This document shows positions 21,701-36,700 of a stretch of DNA of 64,000 nt, in pieces. The notes below the pieces were generated by a model. It ran no database searches and was not told where the DNA came from. It worked only from the letters and a program-made list of their open reading frames with translations. The stretch lies in assembly GCA_965235115.1 (NCBI GenBank), contig OZ249436.1, positions 12,526,001 through 12,590,000 of the forward strand, given 5' to 3'. Each line of letters opens with the position of its first letter. Within the stretch, counting starts at the first letter, position 1. Position numbers and translations under genes: made by a program. This stretch comes from Laetmonice hystrix. Its lineage: Eukaryota.

Positions 21701-22325
21701 ACATCTGTGTGTCATCTTTCTTTGTTTGTTTGTTACTTGGGGATGGGATATCTGATATAGAAAAGGCGTACAACGTCATTTGCCATTGTTAACTAAACCA
21801 TGACGGCAAACAGTCATTGGGACGACCTGACAACGTTGTTGGACGCTTACAGATGGTCTGTAGGGGACACAGATTATATGAGAGTAGATGATATATAGAC
21901 GAGACGTAGGGCCTGCCTCCTGGACAATAAAGGCATGTAAGGGTATCACACTGTTGCGAGAGGGGATATCTGGATAACCGCGAGGCGAAGCCGAGAGGTT
22001 ATTCAGATATCCACGCGAGCAACAGTGTGATACCATACGTATACACCAAGGCGTACCGAGCAGTGGGATATTTCCGAAGATATCACACTCTCGTCACGGC
22101 TCCCTGGTCACATATCACACTCTCGTCACGGCTCTCTGGCCACATAACACACTGCAGACGCTTCCGATCCCGAGCAGTGTAACATTGCCGAAGATATCAC
22201 ACTCTCGTCACACTTCGCTGGGCACAAGCGATCGGCCCCTCGTTCCACTTGGACGTGGTGGACACGAGTCCTGCTCGATTAGTTTCCATTTTTAAACACC
22301 CGGTCAACGTGTCAACATAACATTA

Positions 22326-22567
22326 GTGGCAGACCATTTAATAGCGGGGGAGGGGTATGGTTTTTTCGTTAAAAAAAGTTGGTTGCCAAGTTGACCCCCC
22401 AAAAATAGTTTGTTACCAAATATACATGTGTGAAATAAAATAGTTTGTTCAGCAATGTGTGTGAAAAAAAGAGATTGTTTATTTATGTTTATTGTTTTGT
22501 TGCAAGTATAAAAAGTTTGGTCAGAAAGAAAAACCATACCCTCCCCCGCTATTAAATGGTCTGCCCC
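22326..22567. mobile_element. Same MITE, copy 2
   Basis: Same TIRs and TTA TSD at +7492. Confidence 0.88.
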
Positions 22568-23218
22568 TTAGGTGGAATGAGGGACGCTGAAGCAGAATAC
22601 CACAGCGTTCTCTATGATCCACTGAGGTGGCCCCGTTGACAACTGCAGGGGGCTCGGCGGTATCTGTGCGGCAGTATTAATTGTGGGAGTTGCGGCCGAA
22701 GCTGCCCGGCATGAGTTTTTCCCTCTATTTTCTTCTTTCTTTAATAGTAAATTCGGAATTATTTGGACAATTACGTTCTCTCGGCACTGAACCGCGTCGC
22801 TTTGTTTGTACATCTCCAGCTCAGTCGTTCATAGGGGGCGCTGTTTTTTGAGGTCACAAAAAGTGGCCTATACATGTAATTGTATATGCCCCTATTCTTG
22901 TTAAAAACAAAAAAGACTAGAATCCATTCTACTATTCTTGCTGAAGGTCGCATGGGAGACCCTTTCCGTTGTCCTTAATGGTGCCCTTCTGTTTATTTTT
23001 AAGGGATTTTTTTTAAGTACATGAAATCATTATTCTGCCCAAGTACATAATATCATTATTCATTGATAATATGTCGTATGACAGCTCACTTCGAGAGAAA
23101 ACAACGAGAAAATCGAGGTGTTTTCTCGAGAGAGAAAAAACAAAACCGAGAGGTGCTATCGATATAGGCCCGAGCGAAGCGAGGGCGTATATCGATAGCA
23201 CCGCGAGGATAGGTAGGC

Positions 23219-23291
23219 GTCGCTGTGGCCGAAAAGGTAACAGCGCTGGACGGTGATGCCGCCGTGGTGGGTTCGAATCCTGCCGACGGCA
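23219..23291 (+). ncRNA. tRNA-like element, copy 2
   Basis: Same sequence at +7492. Confidence 0.7.
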
Positions 23292-26200
23292 AACACCGTC
23301 CAAAGGCGATATGCGTATCGCCATGGGGGCCAGAATATCCCACGGCCCCATGGTGTATACGGAAACATGAAACATGAGGCGTCCCTATACTACTGGCTAC
23401 TCTTGTATACAAGCAAACGGTACAGGGAGGCCAAACAGTACAGGGAGGAATCGCTACAAGGTATACTGGCTGACCTAGCACCTAAGCGAACACTACAGTG
23501 AGGCCCAAGAGTACAGTGAGGCCAAATAGTACACTGTGGGGCCAAGCAGTGTGGGAGGCCAACCAGTAGGGTGAGAAGTCCCTACATCTTACCGGCTGGC
23601 CTATAGTAGACATGCAAACACTACAGTGAGGTTGTGGAAATGAAAGGTACAAGCCAGGAGCATCTAATGTGAAAATCTGGAGAAGATACTGAAATGGGAA
23701 GTGTACACATCACAAGCATATATCTGTAGCGAACGTACGAGACCTATACGTTTGACAGTTATACATCTGGCCTAAGAATAATAATTTTGGACGGGCGTAG
23801 TTTAAGTTGACGTATCAAAAATGTAGCCATTTTTCGCTTATCATTGCTTTAATCTGTCTCTCGCCACAGGTGCCTGCCAGCCCGGCCAGGTGTACGTGGT
23901 GATTCCACCGCTGGCCGGAAGGCGGCAGTGCAGTCAGCGCCGCCGCCGCCGCTTCAGTGGAGCTGCGCTGCACCCTAGTGTTTTCTGCCTGCAACATCTG
24001 TGTGTCATCTTTCTTTGTTTGTTTGTTACTTGGGGATGGGATATCTAATATAGAAAAGGCGTACAACGTCATTTGCCATTGTTAACTAAACCTTGACGGC
24101 AAACAGTCATTGGGACGACCTGACAACGTTGTTGGACGCTTACAGATGGTCTGTAGGGGACACAGATTAGATGGGAGTACATGATAGACGAGACGTATGG
24201 CCTGCCTCCTGGACAATAAAGGCATGGAAACATGAAACATGAGGCGTCCCTATACTACTGGCTACTCTTGTATACAAGCAAACGGTACAGGGAGGCCAAA
24301 CAGTACAGGGAGGAATCGCTACAAGGTATACTGGCTGACCTACCACCCAAGCGAACACTACAGTGAGGCCAAAGAGTACAGTGAGGCCAAATAGTACACT
24401 GTGGGGCCAAGCAGTGTGGGAGGCCAACCAGTAGAGTGAGAAGTCCCTACATCTTACCGGCTGGCCTATAGTAGCCATGCAAACACTACAGTGAGGTAGT
24501 GGAAATGAAAGGTACAGGCGAGGAGCATCTAATGTAAAAGTCTGGAGAAGATACTGAAATGGGAAGTGTACACATCACAAGCATATATCTGTAGCGAACG
24601 TACGAGACCTATACGTTTGACAGTTATACATCTGGCCTAAGAATAATAATTTTGGGCGGGCGTAGTTTAAGTTGACGTATCAAAAATGTAGCCATTTTTC
24701 GCTTATCATTGCTTTAACCTGTCTCTCGCCACAGGTGCCTGCCAGCCCGGCCAGGTGTACGTGGTGATTCCACCGCTGGCCGGAAGGCGGCAGTGCAGTC
24801 AGCGCCGCCGCCGCCGCTTCAGTGGAGCTGCGCTGCACCCTGGTGTTTTCTGCCTGCAACATCTGTGTGTCATCTTTCTTTGTTTGTTTGTTACTTGGGG
24901 ATGGGATATCTGATATAGAAAAGGCGTACAACGTCATTTGCCATTGTTAACTAAACCTTGACGGCAAACAGTCATTGGGACGACCTGACAACGTTGTCGG
25001 ACGCGTACAAATGGTCTGTAGGGGACACAGATTATATGAGAGTAGATGATATATAGACGAGACGTAGGGCCTGCCTCCTGGACAATAAAGGCATGGAAAC
25101 ATGAAACATGAGGCGTCCCTATACTACTGGCTACTCTTGTATACAAGCAAACGGTACAGGGAGGCCAAACAGTACAGGGAGGAATCGCTACAAGGTATAC
25201 TGGCTGACCTAGCACCTAAGCGAACACTACAGTGAGGCCCAAGAGTACAGTGAGGCCAAATAGTACACTGTGGGGCCAAGCAGTGTGGGAGGCCAACCAG
25301 TAGGGTGAGAAGTCCCTACATCTTACCGGCTGGCCTATAGTAGACATGCAAACACTACAGTGAGGTTGTGGAAATGAAAGGTACAAGCCAGGAGCATCTA
25401 ATGTGAAAATCTGGAGAAGATACTGAAATGGGAAGTGTACACATCACAAGCATATATCTGTAGCGAACGTACGAGACCTATACGTTTGACAGTTATACAT
25501 CTGGCCTAAGAATAATAATTTTGGACGGGCGTAGTTTAAGTTGACGTATCAAAAATGTAGCCATTTTTCGCTTATCATTGCTTTAATCTGTCTCTCGCCA
25601 CAGGTGCCTGCCAGCCCGGCCAGGTGTACGTGGTGATTCCACCGCTGGCCGGAAGGCGGCAGTGCAGTCAGCGCCGCCGCCGCCGCTTCAGTGGAGCTGC
25701 GCTGCACCCTAGTGTTTTCTGCCTGCAACATCTGTGTGTCATCTTTCTTTGTTTGTTTGTTACTTGGGGATGGGATATCTAATATAGAAAAGGCGTACAA
25801 CGTCATTTGCCATTGTTAACTAAACCTTGACGGCAAACAGTCATTGGGACGACCTGACAACGTTGTTGGACGCTTACAGATGGTCTGTAGGGGACACAGA
25901 TTAGATGGGAGTAGATGATAGACGAGACGTATGGCCTGCCTCCTGGACAATAAAGGCATGGAAACATGAAACATGAGGCGTCCCTATACTACTGGCTACT
26001 CTTGTATACAAGCAAACGGTACAGGGAGGCCAAACAGTACAGGGAGGAATCGCTACAAGGTATACTGGCTGACCTACCACCCAAGCGAACACTACAGTGA
26101 GGCCAAAGAGTACAGTGAGGCCAAATAGTACACTGTGGGGCCAAGCAGTGTGGGAGGCCAACCAGTAGAGTGAGAAGTCCCTACATCTTACCGGCTGGCC

Positions 26201-29200
26201 TATAGTAGCCATGCAAACACTACAGTGAGGTAGTGGAAATGAAAGGTACAGGCGAGGAGCATCTAATGTAAAAGTCTGGAGAAGATACTGAAATGGGAAG
26301 TGTACACATCACAAGCATATATCTGTAGCGAACGTACGAGACCTATACGTTTGACAGTTATACATCTGGCCTAAGAATAATAATTTTGGGCGGGCGTAGT
26401 TTAAGTTGACGTATCAAAAATGTAGCCATTTTTCGCTTATCATTGCTTTAACCTGTCTCTCGCCACAGGTGCCTGCCAGCCCGGCCAGGTGTACGTGGTG
26501 ATTCCACCGCTGGCCGGAAGGCGGCAGTGCAGTCAGCGCCGCCGCCGCCGCTTCAGTGGAGCTGCGCTGCACCCTGGTGTTTTCTGCCTGCAACATCTGT
26601 GTGTCATCTTTCTTTGTTTGTTTGTTACTTGGGGATGGGATATCTGATATAGAAAAGGCGTACAACGTCATTTGCCATTGTTAACTAAACCTTGACGGCA
26701 AACAGTCATTGGGACGACCTGACAACGTTGTCGGACGCGTACAAATGGTCTGTAGGGGACACAGATTATATGAGAGTAGATGATATATAGACGAGACGTA
26801 GGGCCTGCCTCCTGGACAATAAAGGCATGGAAACATGAAACATGAGGCGTCCCTATACTACTGGCTACTCTTGTATACAAGCAAACGGTACAGGGAGGCC
26901 AAACAGTACAGGGAGGAATCGCTACAAGGTATACTGGCTGACCTAGCACCTAAGCGAACACTACAGTGAGGCCCAAGAGTACAGTGAGGCCAAATAGTAC
27001 ACTGTGGGGCCAAGCAGTGTGGGAGGCCAACCAGTAGGGTGAGAAGTCCCTACATCTTACCGGCTGGCCTATAGTAGACATGCAAACACTACAGTGAGGT
27101 TGTGGAAATGAAAGGTACAAGCCAGGAGCATCTAATGTGAAAATCTGGAGAAGATACTGAAATGGGAAGTGTACACATCACAAGCATATATCTGTAGCGA
27201 ACGTACGAGACCTATACGTTTGACAGTTATACATCTGGCCTAAGAATAATAATTTTGGACGGGCGTAGTTTAAGTTGACGTATCAAAAATGTAGCCATTT
27301 TTCGCTTATCATTGCTTTAATCTGTCTCTCGCCACAGGTGCCTGCCAGCCCGGCCAGGTGTACGTGGTGATTCCACCGCTGGCCGGAAGGCGGCAGTGCA
27401 GTCAGCGCCGCCGCCGCCGCTTCAGTGGAGCTGCGCTGCACCCTAGTGTTTTCTGCCTGCAACATCTGTGTGTCATCTTTCTTTGTTTGTTTGTTACTTG
27501 GGGATGGGATATCTAATATAGAAAAGGCGTACAACGTCATTTGCCATTGTTAACTAAACCTTGACGGCAAACAGTCATTGGGACGACCTGACAACGTTGT
27601 CGGACGCGTACAAATGGTCTGTAGGGGACACAGATTATATGAGAGTAGATGATATATAGACGAGACGTAGGGCCTGCCTCCTGGACAATAAAGGCATGGA
27701 AACATGAAACATGAGGCGTCCCTATACTACTGGCTACTCTTGTATACAAGCAAACGGTACAGGGAGGCCAAACAGTACAGGGAGGAATCGCTACAAGGTA
27801 TACTGGCTGACCTAGCACCTAAGCGAACACTACAGTGAGGCCCAAGAGTACAGTGAGGCCAAATAGTACACTGTGGGGCCAAGCAGTGTGGGAGGCCAAC
27901 CAGTAGGGTGAGAAGTCCCTACATCTTACCGGCTGGCCTATAGTAGACATGCAAACACTACAGTGAGGTTGTGGAAATGAAAGGTACAAGCCAGTAGCAT
28001 CTAATGTGAAAATCTGGAGAAGATACTGAAATGGGAAGTGTACACATCACAAGCATATATCTGTAGCGAACGTACGAGACCTATACGTTTGACAGTTATA
28101 CATCTGGCCTAAGAATAATAATTTTGGGCGGGCGTAGTTTAAGTTGACGTATCAAAAATGTAGCCATTTTTCGCTTATCATTGCTTTAACCTGTCTCTCG
28201 CCACAGGTGCCTGCCAGCCCGGCCAGGTGTACGTGGTGATTCCACCGCTGGCCGGAAGGCGGCAGTGCAGTCAGCGCCGCCGCCGCCGCTTCAGTGGAGC
28301 TGCGCTGCACCCTGGTGTTTTCTGCCTGCAACATCTGTGTGTCATCTTTCTTTGTTTGTTTGTTACTTGGGGATGGGATATCTGATATAGAAAAGGCGTA
28401 CAACGTCATTTGCCATTGTTAACTAAACCTTGACGGCAAACAGTCATTGGGACGACCTGACAACGTTGTTGGACGCTTACAGATGGTCTGTAGGGGACAC
28501 AGATTAGATGGGAGTAGATGATAGACGAGACGTATGGCCTGCCTCCTGGAGAATGAAGGCACGGAAACATGAAACATAAGGCGTCCCTATACTACTGGCT
28601 ACTCTTGTATACAAGCAAACGGTACAGGGAGGCCAAACAGTACAGGGAGGACTCGCTACAAGGTATACTGGCTGACCTAGCTCCCAAGCGAACACTACAG
28701 TGAGGCCAAAGAGTACATTGAGGCCAAATAGTACACTGTGGGGCCAAGCAGTGTGGGAGGCCAACCAGTAGAGTGAGAAGTCCCTACATCTTACCGGCTG
28801 GCCTATAGTAGCCATGCAAACACTACAGTGAGGTAGTGGAAATGAAAGGTACAGGCGAGGAGCATCTAATGTAAAAGTCTGGAGAACATACTGAAATGGG
28901 AAGTGTACACATCACAAGCATATATCTGTAGCGAACGTACGAGACCTATACGTTTGACAGTTATACATCTGGCCTAAGAATAATAATTTTGGGTGGGCGT
29001 AGTTTAAGTTGACGTATCAAAAATGTAGCCATTTTTCGCTTATCATTGCTTTAACCTGTCTCTCGCCACAGGTGCCTGCCAGCCCGGCCAGGTGTACGTG
29101 GTGATTCCACCGCTGGCCGGAAGGCGGCAGTGCAGTCAGCGTCGCCGCCGCTTCAGTGGAGCTGCGCTGCACCCTGGTGTTTTCTGCCTGCAACATCTGT

Positions 29201-29817
29201 GTGTCATCTTTCTTTGTTTGTTTGTTACTTGGGGATGGGATATCTGATATAGAAAAGGCGTACAACGTCATTTGCCATTGTTAACTAAACCATGACGGCA
29301 AACAGTCATTGGGACGACCTGACAACGTTGTTGGACGCTTACAGATGGTCTGTAGGGGACACAGATTATATGAGAGTAGATGATATATAGACGAGACGTA
29401 GGGCCTGCCTCCTGGACAATAAAGGCATGTAAGGGTATCACACTGTTGCGAGAGGGGATATCTGGATAACCGCGAGGCGAAGCCGAGAGGTTATTCAGAT
29501 ATCCACGCGAGCAACAGTGTGATACCATACGTATACACCAAGGCGTACCGAGCAGTGGGATATTTCCGAAGATATCACACTCTCGTCACGGCTCCCTGGT
29601 CACATATCACACTCTCGTCACGGCTCTCTGGCCACATAACACACTGCAGACGCTTCCGATCCCGAGCAGTGTAACATTGCCGAAGATATCACACTCTCGT
29701 CACACTTCGCTGGGCACAAGCGATCGGCCCCTCGTTCCACTTGGACGTGGTGGACACGAGTCCTGCTCGATTAGTTTCCATTTTTAAACACCCGGTCAAC
29801 GTGTCAACATAACATTA

Positions 29818-30059
29818 GTGGCAGACCATTTAATAGCGGGGGAGGGGTATGGTTTTTTCGTTAAAAAAAGTTGGTTGCCAAGTTGACCCCCCAAAAATAG
29901 TTTGTTACCAAATATACATGTGTGAAATAAAATAGTTTGTTCAGCAATGTGTGTGAAAAAAAGAGATTGTTTATTTATGTTTATTGTTTTGTTGCAAGTA
30001 TAAAAAGTTTGGTCAGAAAGAAAAACCATACCCTCCCCCGCTATTAAATGGTCTGCCCC
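29818..30059. mobile_element. Same MITE, copy 3
   Basis: Same TIRs and TTA TSD at +14984. Confidence 0.88.
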
Positions 30060-30710
30060 TTAGGTGGAATGAGGGACGCTGAAGCAGAATACCACAGCGT
30101 TCTCTATGATCCACTGAGGTGGCCCCGTTGACAACTGCAGGGGGCTCGGCGGTATCTGTGCGGCAGTATTAATTGTGGGAGTTGCGGCCGAAGCTGCCCG
30201 GCATGAGTTTTTCCCTCTATTTTCTTCTTTCTTTAATAGTAAATTCGGAATTATTTGGACAATTACGTTCTCTCGGCACTGAACCGCGTCGCTTTGTTTG
30301 TACATCTCCAGCTCAGTCGTTCATAGGGGGCGCTGTTTTTTGAGGTCACAAAAAGTGGCCTATACATGTAATTGTATATGCCCCTATTCTTGTTAAAAAC
30401 AAAAAAGACTAGAATCCATTCTACTATTCTTGCTGAAGGTCGCATGGGAGACCCTTTCCGTTGTCCTTAATGGTGCCCTTCTGTTTATTTTTAAGGGATT
30501 TTTTTTAAGTACATGAAATCATTATTCTGCCCAAGTACATAATATCATTATTCATTGATAATATGTCGTATGACAGCTCACTTCGAGAGAAAACAACGAG
30601 AAAATCGAGGTGTTTTCTCGAGAGAGAAAAAACAAAACCGAGAGGTGCTATCGATATAGGCCCGAGCGAAGCGAGGGCGTATATCGATAGCACCGCGAGG
30701 ATAGGTAGGC

Positions 30711-30783
30711 GTCGCTGTGGCCGAAAAGGTAACAGCGCTGGACGGTGATGCCGCCGTGGTGGGTTCGAATCCTGCCGACGGCA
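30711..30783 (+). ncRNA. tRNA-like element, copy 3
   Basis: Same sequence at +14984. Confidence 0.7.
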
Positions 30784-33700
30784 AACACCGTCCAAAGGCG
30801 ATATGCGTATCGCCATGGGGGCCAGAATATCCCACGGCCCCATGGTGTATACGGAAACATGAAACATGAGGCGTCCCTATACTACTGGCTACTCTTGTAT
30901 ACAAGCAAACGGTACAGGGAGGCCAAACAGTACAGGGAGGAATCGCTACAAGGTATACTGGCTGACCTAGCACCTAAGCGAACACTACAGTGAGGCCCAA
31001 GAGTACAGTGAGGCCAAATAGTACACTGTGGGGCCAAGCAGTGTGGGAGGCCAACCAGTAGGGTGAGAAGTCCCTACATCTTACCGGCTGGCCTATAGTA
31101 GACATGCAAACACTACAGTGAGGTTGTGGAAATGAAAGGTACAAGCCAGGAGCATCTAATGTGAAAATCTGGAGAAGATACTGAAATGGGAAGTGTACAC
31201 ATCACAAGCATATATCTGTAGCGAACGTACGAGACCTATACGTTTGACAGTTATACATCTGGCCTAAGAATAATAATTTTGGACGGGCGTAGTTTAAGTT
31301 GACGTATCAAAAATGTAGCCATTTTTCGCTTATCATTGCTTTAATCTGTCTCTCGCCACAGGTGCCTGCCAGCCCGGCCAGGTGTACGTGGTGATTCCAC
31401 CGCTGGCCGGAAGGCGGCAGTGCAGTCAGCGCCGCCGCCGCCGCTTCAGTGGAGCTGCGCTGCACCCTGGTGTTTTCTGCCTGCAACATCTGTGTGTCAT
31501 CTTTCTTTGTTTGTTTGTTACTTGGGGATGGGATATCTGATATAGAAAAGGCGTACAACGTCATTTGCCATTGTTAACTAAACCTTGACGGCAAACAGTC
31601 ATTGGGACGACCTGACAACGTTGTCGGACGCGTACAAATGGTCTGTAGGGGACACAGATTATATGAGAGTAGATGATATATAGACGAGACGTAGGGCCTG
31701 CCTCCTGGACAATAAAGGCATGGAAACATGAAACATGAGGCGTCCCTATACTACTGGCTACTCTTGTATACAAGCAAACGGTACAGGGAGGCCAAACAGT
31801 ACAGGGAGGAATCGCTACAAGGTATACTGGCTGACCTAGCACCTAAGCGAACACTACAGTGAGGCCCAAGAGTACAGTGAGGCCAAATAGTACACTGTGG
31901 GGCCAAGCAGTGTGGGAGGCCAACCAGTAGGGTGAGAAGTCCCTACATCTTACCGGCTGGCCTATAGTAGACATGCAAACACTACAGTGAGGTTGTGGAA
32001 ATGAAAGGTACAAGCCAGGAGCATCTAATGTGAAAATCTGGAGAAGATACTGAAATGGGAAGTGTACACATCACAAGCATATATCTGTAGCGAACGTACG
32101 AGACCTATACGTTTGACAGTTATACATCTGGCCTAAGAATAATAATTTTGGACGGGCGTAGTTTAAGTTGACGTATCAAAAATGTAGCCATTTTTCGCTT
32201 ATCATTGCTTTAATCTGTCTCTCGCCACAGGTGCCTGCCAGCCCGGCCAGGTGTACGTGGTGATTCCACCGCTGGCCGGAAGGCGGCAGTGCAGTCAGCG
32301 CCGCCGCCGCCGCTTCAGTGGAGCTGCGCTGCACCCTAGTGTTTTCTGCCTGCAACATCTGTGTGTCATCTTTCTTTGTTTGTTTGTTACTTGGGGATGG
32401 GATATCTAATATAGAAAAGGCGTACAACGTCATTTGCCATTGTTAACTAAACCTTGACGGCAAACAGTCATTGGGACGACCTGACAACGTTGTTGGACGC
32501 TTACAGATGGTCTGTAGGGGACACAGATTAGATGGGAGTACATGATAGACGAGACGTATGGCCTGCCTCCTGGACAATAAAGGCATGGAAACATGAAACA
32601 TGAGGCGTCCCTATACTACTGGCTACTCTTGTATACAAGCAAACGGTACAGGGAGGCCAAACAGTACAGGGAGGAATCGCTACAAGGTATACTGGCTGAC
32701 CTACCACCCAAGCGAACACTACAGTGAGGCCAAAGAGTACAGTGAGGCCAAATAGTACACTGTGGGGCCAAGCAGTGTGGGAGGCCAACCAGTAGAGTGA
32801 GAAGTCCCTACATCTTACCGGCTGGCCTATAGTAGCCATGCAAACACTACAGTGAGGTAGTGGAAATGAAAGGTACAGGCGAGGAGCATCTAATGTAAAA
32901 GTCTGGAGAAGATACTGAAATGGGAAGTGTACACATCACAAGCATATATCTGTAGCGAACGTACGAGACCTATACGTTTGACAGTTATACATCTGGCCTA
33001 AGAATAATAATTTTGGGCGGGCGTAGTTTAAGTTGACGTATCAAAAATGTAGCCATTTTTCGCTTATCATTGCTTTAACCTGTCTCTCGCCACAGGTGCC
33101 TGCCAGCCCGGCCAGGTGTACGTGGTGATTCCACCGCTGGCCGGAAGGCGGCAGTGCAGTCAGCGCCGCCGCCGCCGCTTCAGTGGAGCTGCGCTGCACC
33201 CTGGTGTTTTCTGCCTGCAACATCTGTGTGTCATCTTTCTTTGTTTGTTTGTTACTTGGGGATGGGATATCTGATATAGAAAAGGCGTACAACGTCATTT
33301 GCCATTGTTAACTAAACCTTGACGGCAAACAGTCATTGGGACGACCTGACAACGTTGTCGGACGCGTACAAATGGTCTGTAGGGGACACAGATTATATGA
33401 GAGTAGATGATATATAGACGAGACGTAGGGCCTGCCTCCTGGACAATAAAGGCATGGAAACATGAAACATGAGGCGTCCCTATACTACTGGCTACTCTTG
33501 TATACAAGCAAACGGTACAGGGAGGCCAAACAGTACAGGGAGGAATCGCTACAAGGTATACTGGCTGACCTAGCACCTAAGCGAACACTACAGTGAGGCC
33601 CAAGAGTACAGTGAGGCCAAATAGTACACTGTGGGGCCAAGCAGTGTGGGAGGCCAACCAGTAGGGTGAGAAGTCCCTACATCTTACCGGCTGGCCTATA

Positions 33701-36700
33701 GTAGACATGCAAACACTACAGTGAGGTTGTGGAAATGAAAGGTACAAGCCAGGAGCATCTAATGTGAAAATCTGGAGAAGATACTGAAATGGGAAGTGTA
33801 CACATCACAAGCATATATCTGTAGCGAACGTACGAGACCTATACGTTTGACAGTTATACATCTGGCCTAAGAATAATAATTTTGGACGGGCGTAGTTTAA
33901 GTTGACGTATCAAAAATGTAGCCATTTTTCGCTTATCATTGCTTTAATCTGTCTCTCGCCACAGGTGCCTGCCAGCCCGGCCAGGTGTACGTGGTGATTC
34001 CACCGCTGGCCGGAAGGCGGCAGTGCAGTCAGCGCCGCCGCCGCCGCTTCAGTGGAGCTGCGCTGCACCCTAGTGTTTTCTGCCTGCAACATCTGTGTGT
34101 CATCTTTCTTTGTTTGTTTGTTACTTGGGGATGGGATATCTAATATAGAAAAGGCGTACAACGTCATTTGCCATTGTTAACTAAACCTTGACGGCAAACA
34201 GTCATTGGGACGACCTGACAACGTTGTTGGACGCTTACAGATGGTCTGTAGGGGACACAGATTAGATGGGAGTAGATGATAGACGAGACGTATGGCCTGC
34301 CTCCTGGACAATAAAGGCATGGAAACATGAAACATGAGGCGTCCCTATACTACTGGCTACTCTTGTATACAAGCAAACGGTACAGGGAGGCCAAACAGTA
34401 CAGGGAGGAATCGCTACAAGGTATACTGGCTGACCTACCACCCAAGCGAACACTACAGTGAGGCCAAAGAGTACAGTGAGGCCAAATAGTACACTGTGGG
34501 GCCAAGCAGTGTGGGAGGCCAACCAGTAGAGTGAGAAGTCCCTACATCTTACCGGCTGGCCTATAGTAGCCATGCAAACACTACAGTGAGGTAGTGGAAA
34601 TGAAAGGTACAGGCGAGGAGCATCTAATGTAAAAGTCTGGAGAAGATACTGAAATGGGAAGTGTACACATCACAAGCATATATCTGTAGCGAACGTACGA
34701 GACCTATACGTTTGACAGTTATACATCTGGCCTAAGAATAATAATTTTGGGCGGGCGTAGTTTAAGTTGACGTATCAAAAATGTAGCCATTTTTCGCTTA
34801 TCATTGCTTTAACCTGTCTCTCGCCACAGGTGCCTGCCAGCCCGGCCAGGTGTACGTGGTGATTCCACCGCTGGCCGGAAGGCGGCAGTGCAGTCAGCGT
34901 CGCCGCCGCTTCAGTGGAGCTGCGCTGCACCCTGGTGTTTTCTGCCTGCAACATCTGTGTGTCATCTTTCTTTGTTTGTTTGTTACTTGGGGATGGGATA
35001 TCTGATATAGAAAAGGCGTACAACGTCATTTGCCATTGTTAACTAAACCATGACGGCAAACAGTCATTGGGACGACCTGACAACGTTGTTGGACGCTTAC
35101 AGATGGTCTGTAGGGGACACAGATTATATGAGAGTAGATGATATATAGACGAGACGTAGGGCCTGCCTCCTGGACAATAAAGGCATGGAAACATGAAACA
35201 TGAGGCGTCCCTATACTACTGGCTACTCTTGTATACAAGCAAACGGTACAGGGAGGCCAAACAGTACAGGGAGGAATCGCTACAAGGTATACTGGCTGAC
35301 CTAGCACCTAAGCGAACACTACAGTGAGGCCCAAGAGTACAGTGAGGCCAAATAGTACACTGTGGGGCCAAGCAGTGTGGGAGGCCAACCAGTAGGGTGA
35401 GAAGTCCCTACATCTTACCGGCTGGCCTATAGTAGACATGCAAACACTACAGTGAGGTTGTGGAAATGAAAGGTACAAGCCAGGAGCATCTAATGTGAAA
35501 ATCTGGAGAAGATACTGAAATGGGAAGTGTACACATCACAAGCATATATCTGTAGCGAACGTACGAGACCTATACGTTTGACAGTTATACATCTGGCCTA
35601 AGAATAATAATTTTGGACGGGCGTAGTTTAAGTTGACGTATCAAAAATGTAGCCATTTTTCGCTTATCATTGCTTTAATCTGTCTCTCGCCACAGGTGCC
35701 TGCCAGCCCGGCCAGGTGTACGTGGTGATTCCACCGCTGGCCGGAAGGCGGCAGTGCAGTCAGCGCCGCCGCCGCCGCTTCAGTGGAGCTGCGCTGCACC
35801 CTAGTGTTTTCTGCCTGCAACATCTGTGTGTCATCTTTCTTTGTTTGTTTGTTACTTGGGGATGGGATATCTAATATAGAAAAGGCGTACAACGTCATTT
35901 GCCATTGTTAACTAAACCTTGACGGCAAACAGTCATTGGGACGACCTGACAACGTTGTCGGACGCGTACAAATGGTCTGTAGGGGACACAGATTATATGA
36001 GAGTAGATGATATATAGACGAGACGTAGGGCCTGCCTCCTGGACAATAAAGGCATGGAAACATGAAACATGAGGCGTCCCTATACTACTGGCTACTCTTG
36101 TATACAAGCAAACGGTACAGGGAGGCCAAACAGTACAGGGAGGAATCGCTACAAGGTATACTGGCTGACCTAGCACCTAAGCGAACACTACAGTGAGGCC
36201 CAAGAGTACAGTGAGGCCAAATAGTACACTGTGGGGCCAAGCAGTGTGGGAGGCCAACCAGTAGGGTGAGAAGTCCCTACATCTTACCGGCTGGCCTATA
36301 GTAGACATGCAAACACTACAGTGAGGTTGTGGAAATGAAAGGTACAAGCCAGGAGCATCTAATGTGAAAATCTGGAGAAGATACTGAAATGGGAAGTGTA
36401 CACATCACAAGCATATATCTGTAGCGAACGTACGAGACCTATACGTTTGACAGTTATACATCTGGCCTAAGAATAATAATTTTGGACGGGCGTAGTTTAA
36501 GTTGACGTATCAAAAATGTAGCCATTTTTCGCTTATCATTGCTTTAATCTGTCTCTCGCCACAGGTGCCTGCCAGCCCGGCCAGGTGTACGTGGTGATTC
36601 CACCGCTGGCCGGAAGGCGGCAGTGCAGTCAGCGCTGCCGCCGCCGCTTCAGTGGAGCTGCGCTGCACCCTAGTGTTTTCTGCCTGCAACATCTGTGTGT

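Larger units (their letters stand above)
21937..23360. mobile_element. Same 1424-bp insertion, copy 2
   Basis: Same sequence and junctions at +7492. Confidence 0.88.
29429..30852. mobile_element. Same 1424-bp insertion, copy 3
   Basis: Same sequence and junctions at +14984. Confidence 0.88.
12000..31460. repeat. Higher-order repeat: 7 monomers + 1424-bp insertion = 7492-bp unit, ~2.6 copies (boundaries approximate)
   Basis: Offsets 12299->19791->27283, 13168->20660->28152 and 14033->21525->29017 are all 7492, with the same order of monomer variants. Confidence 0.95.
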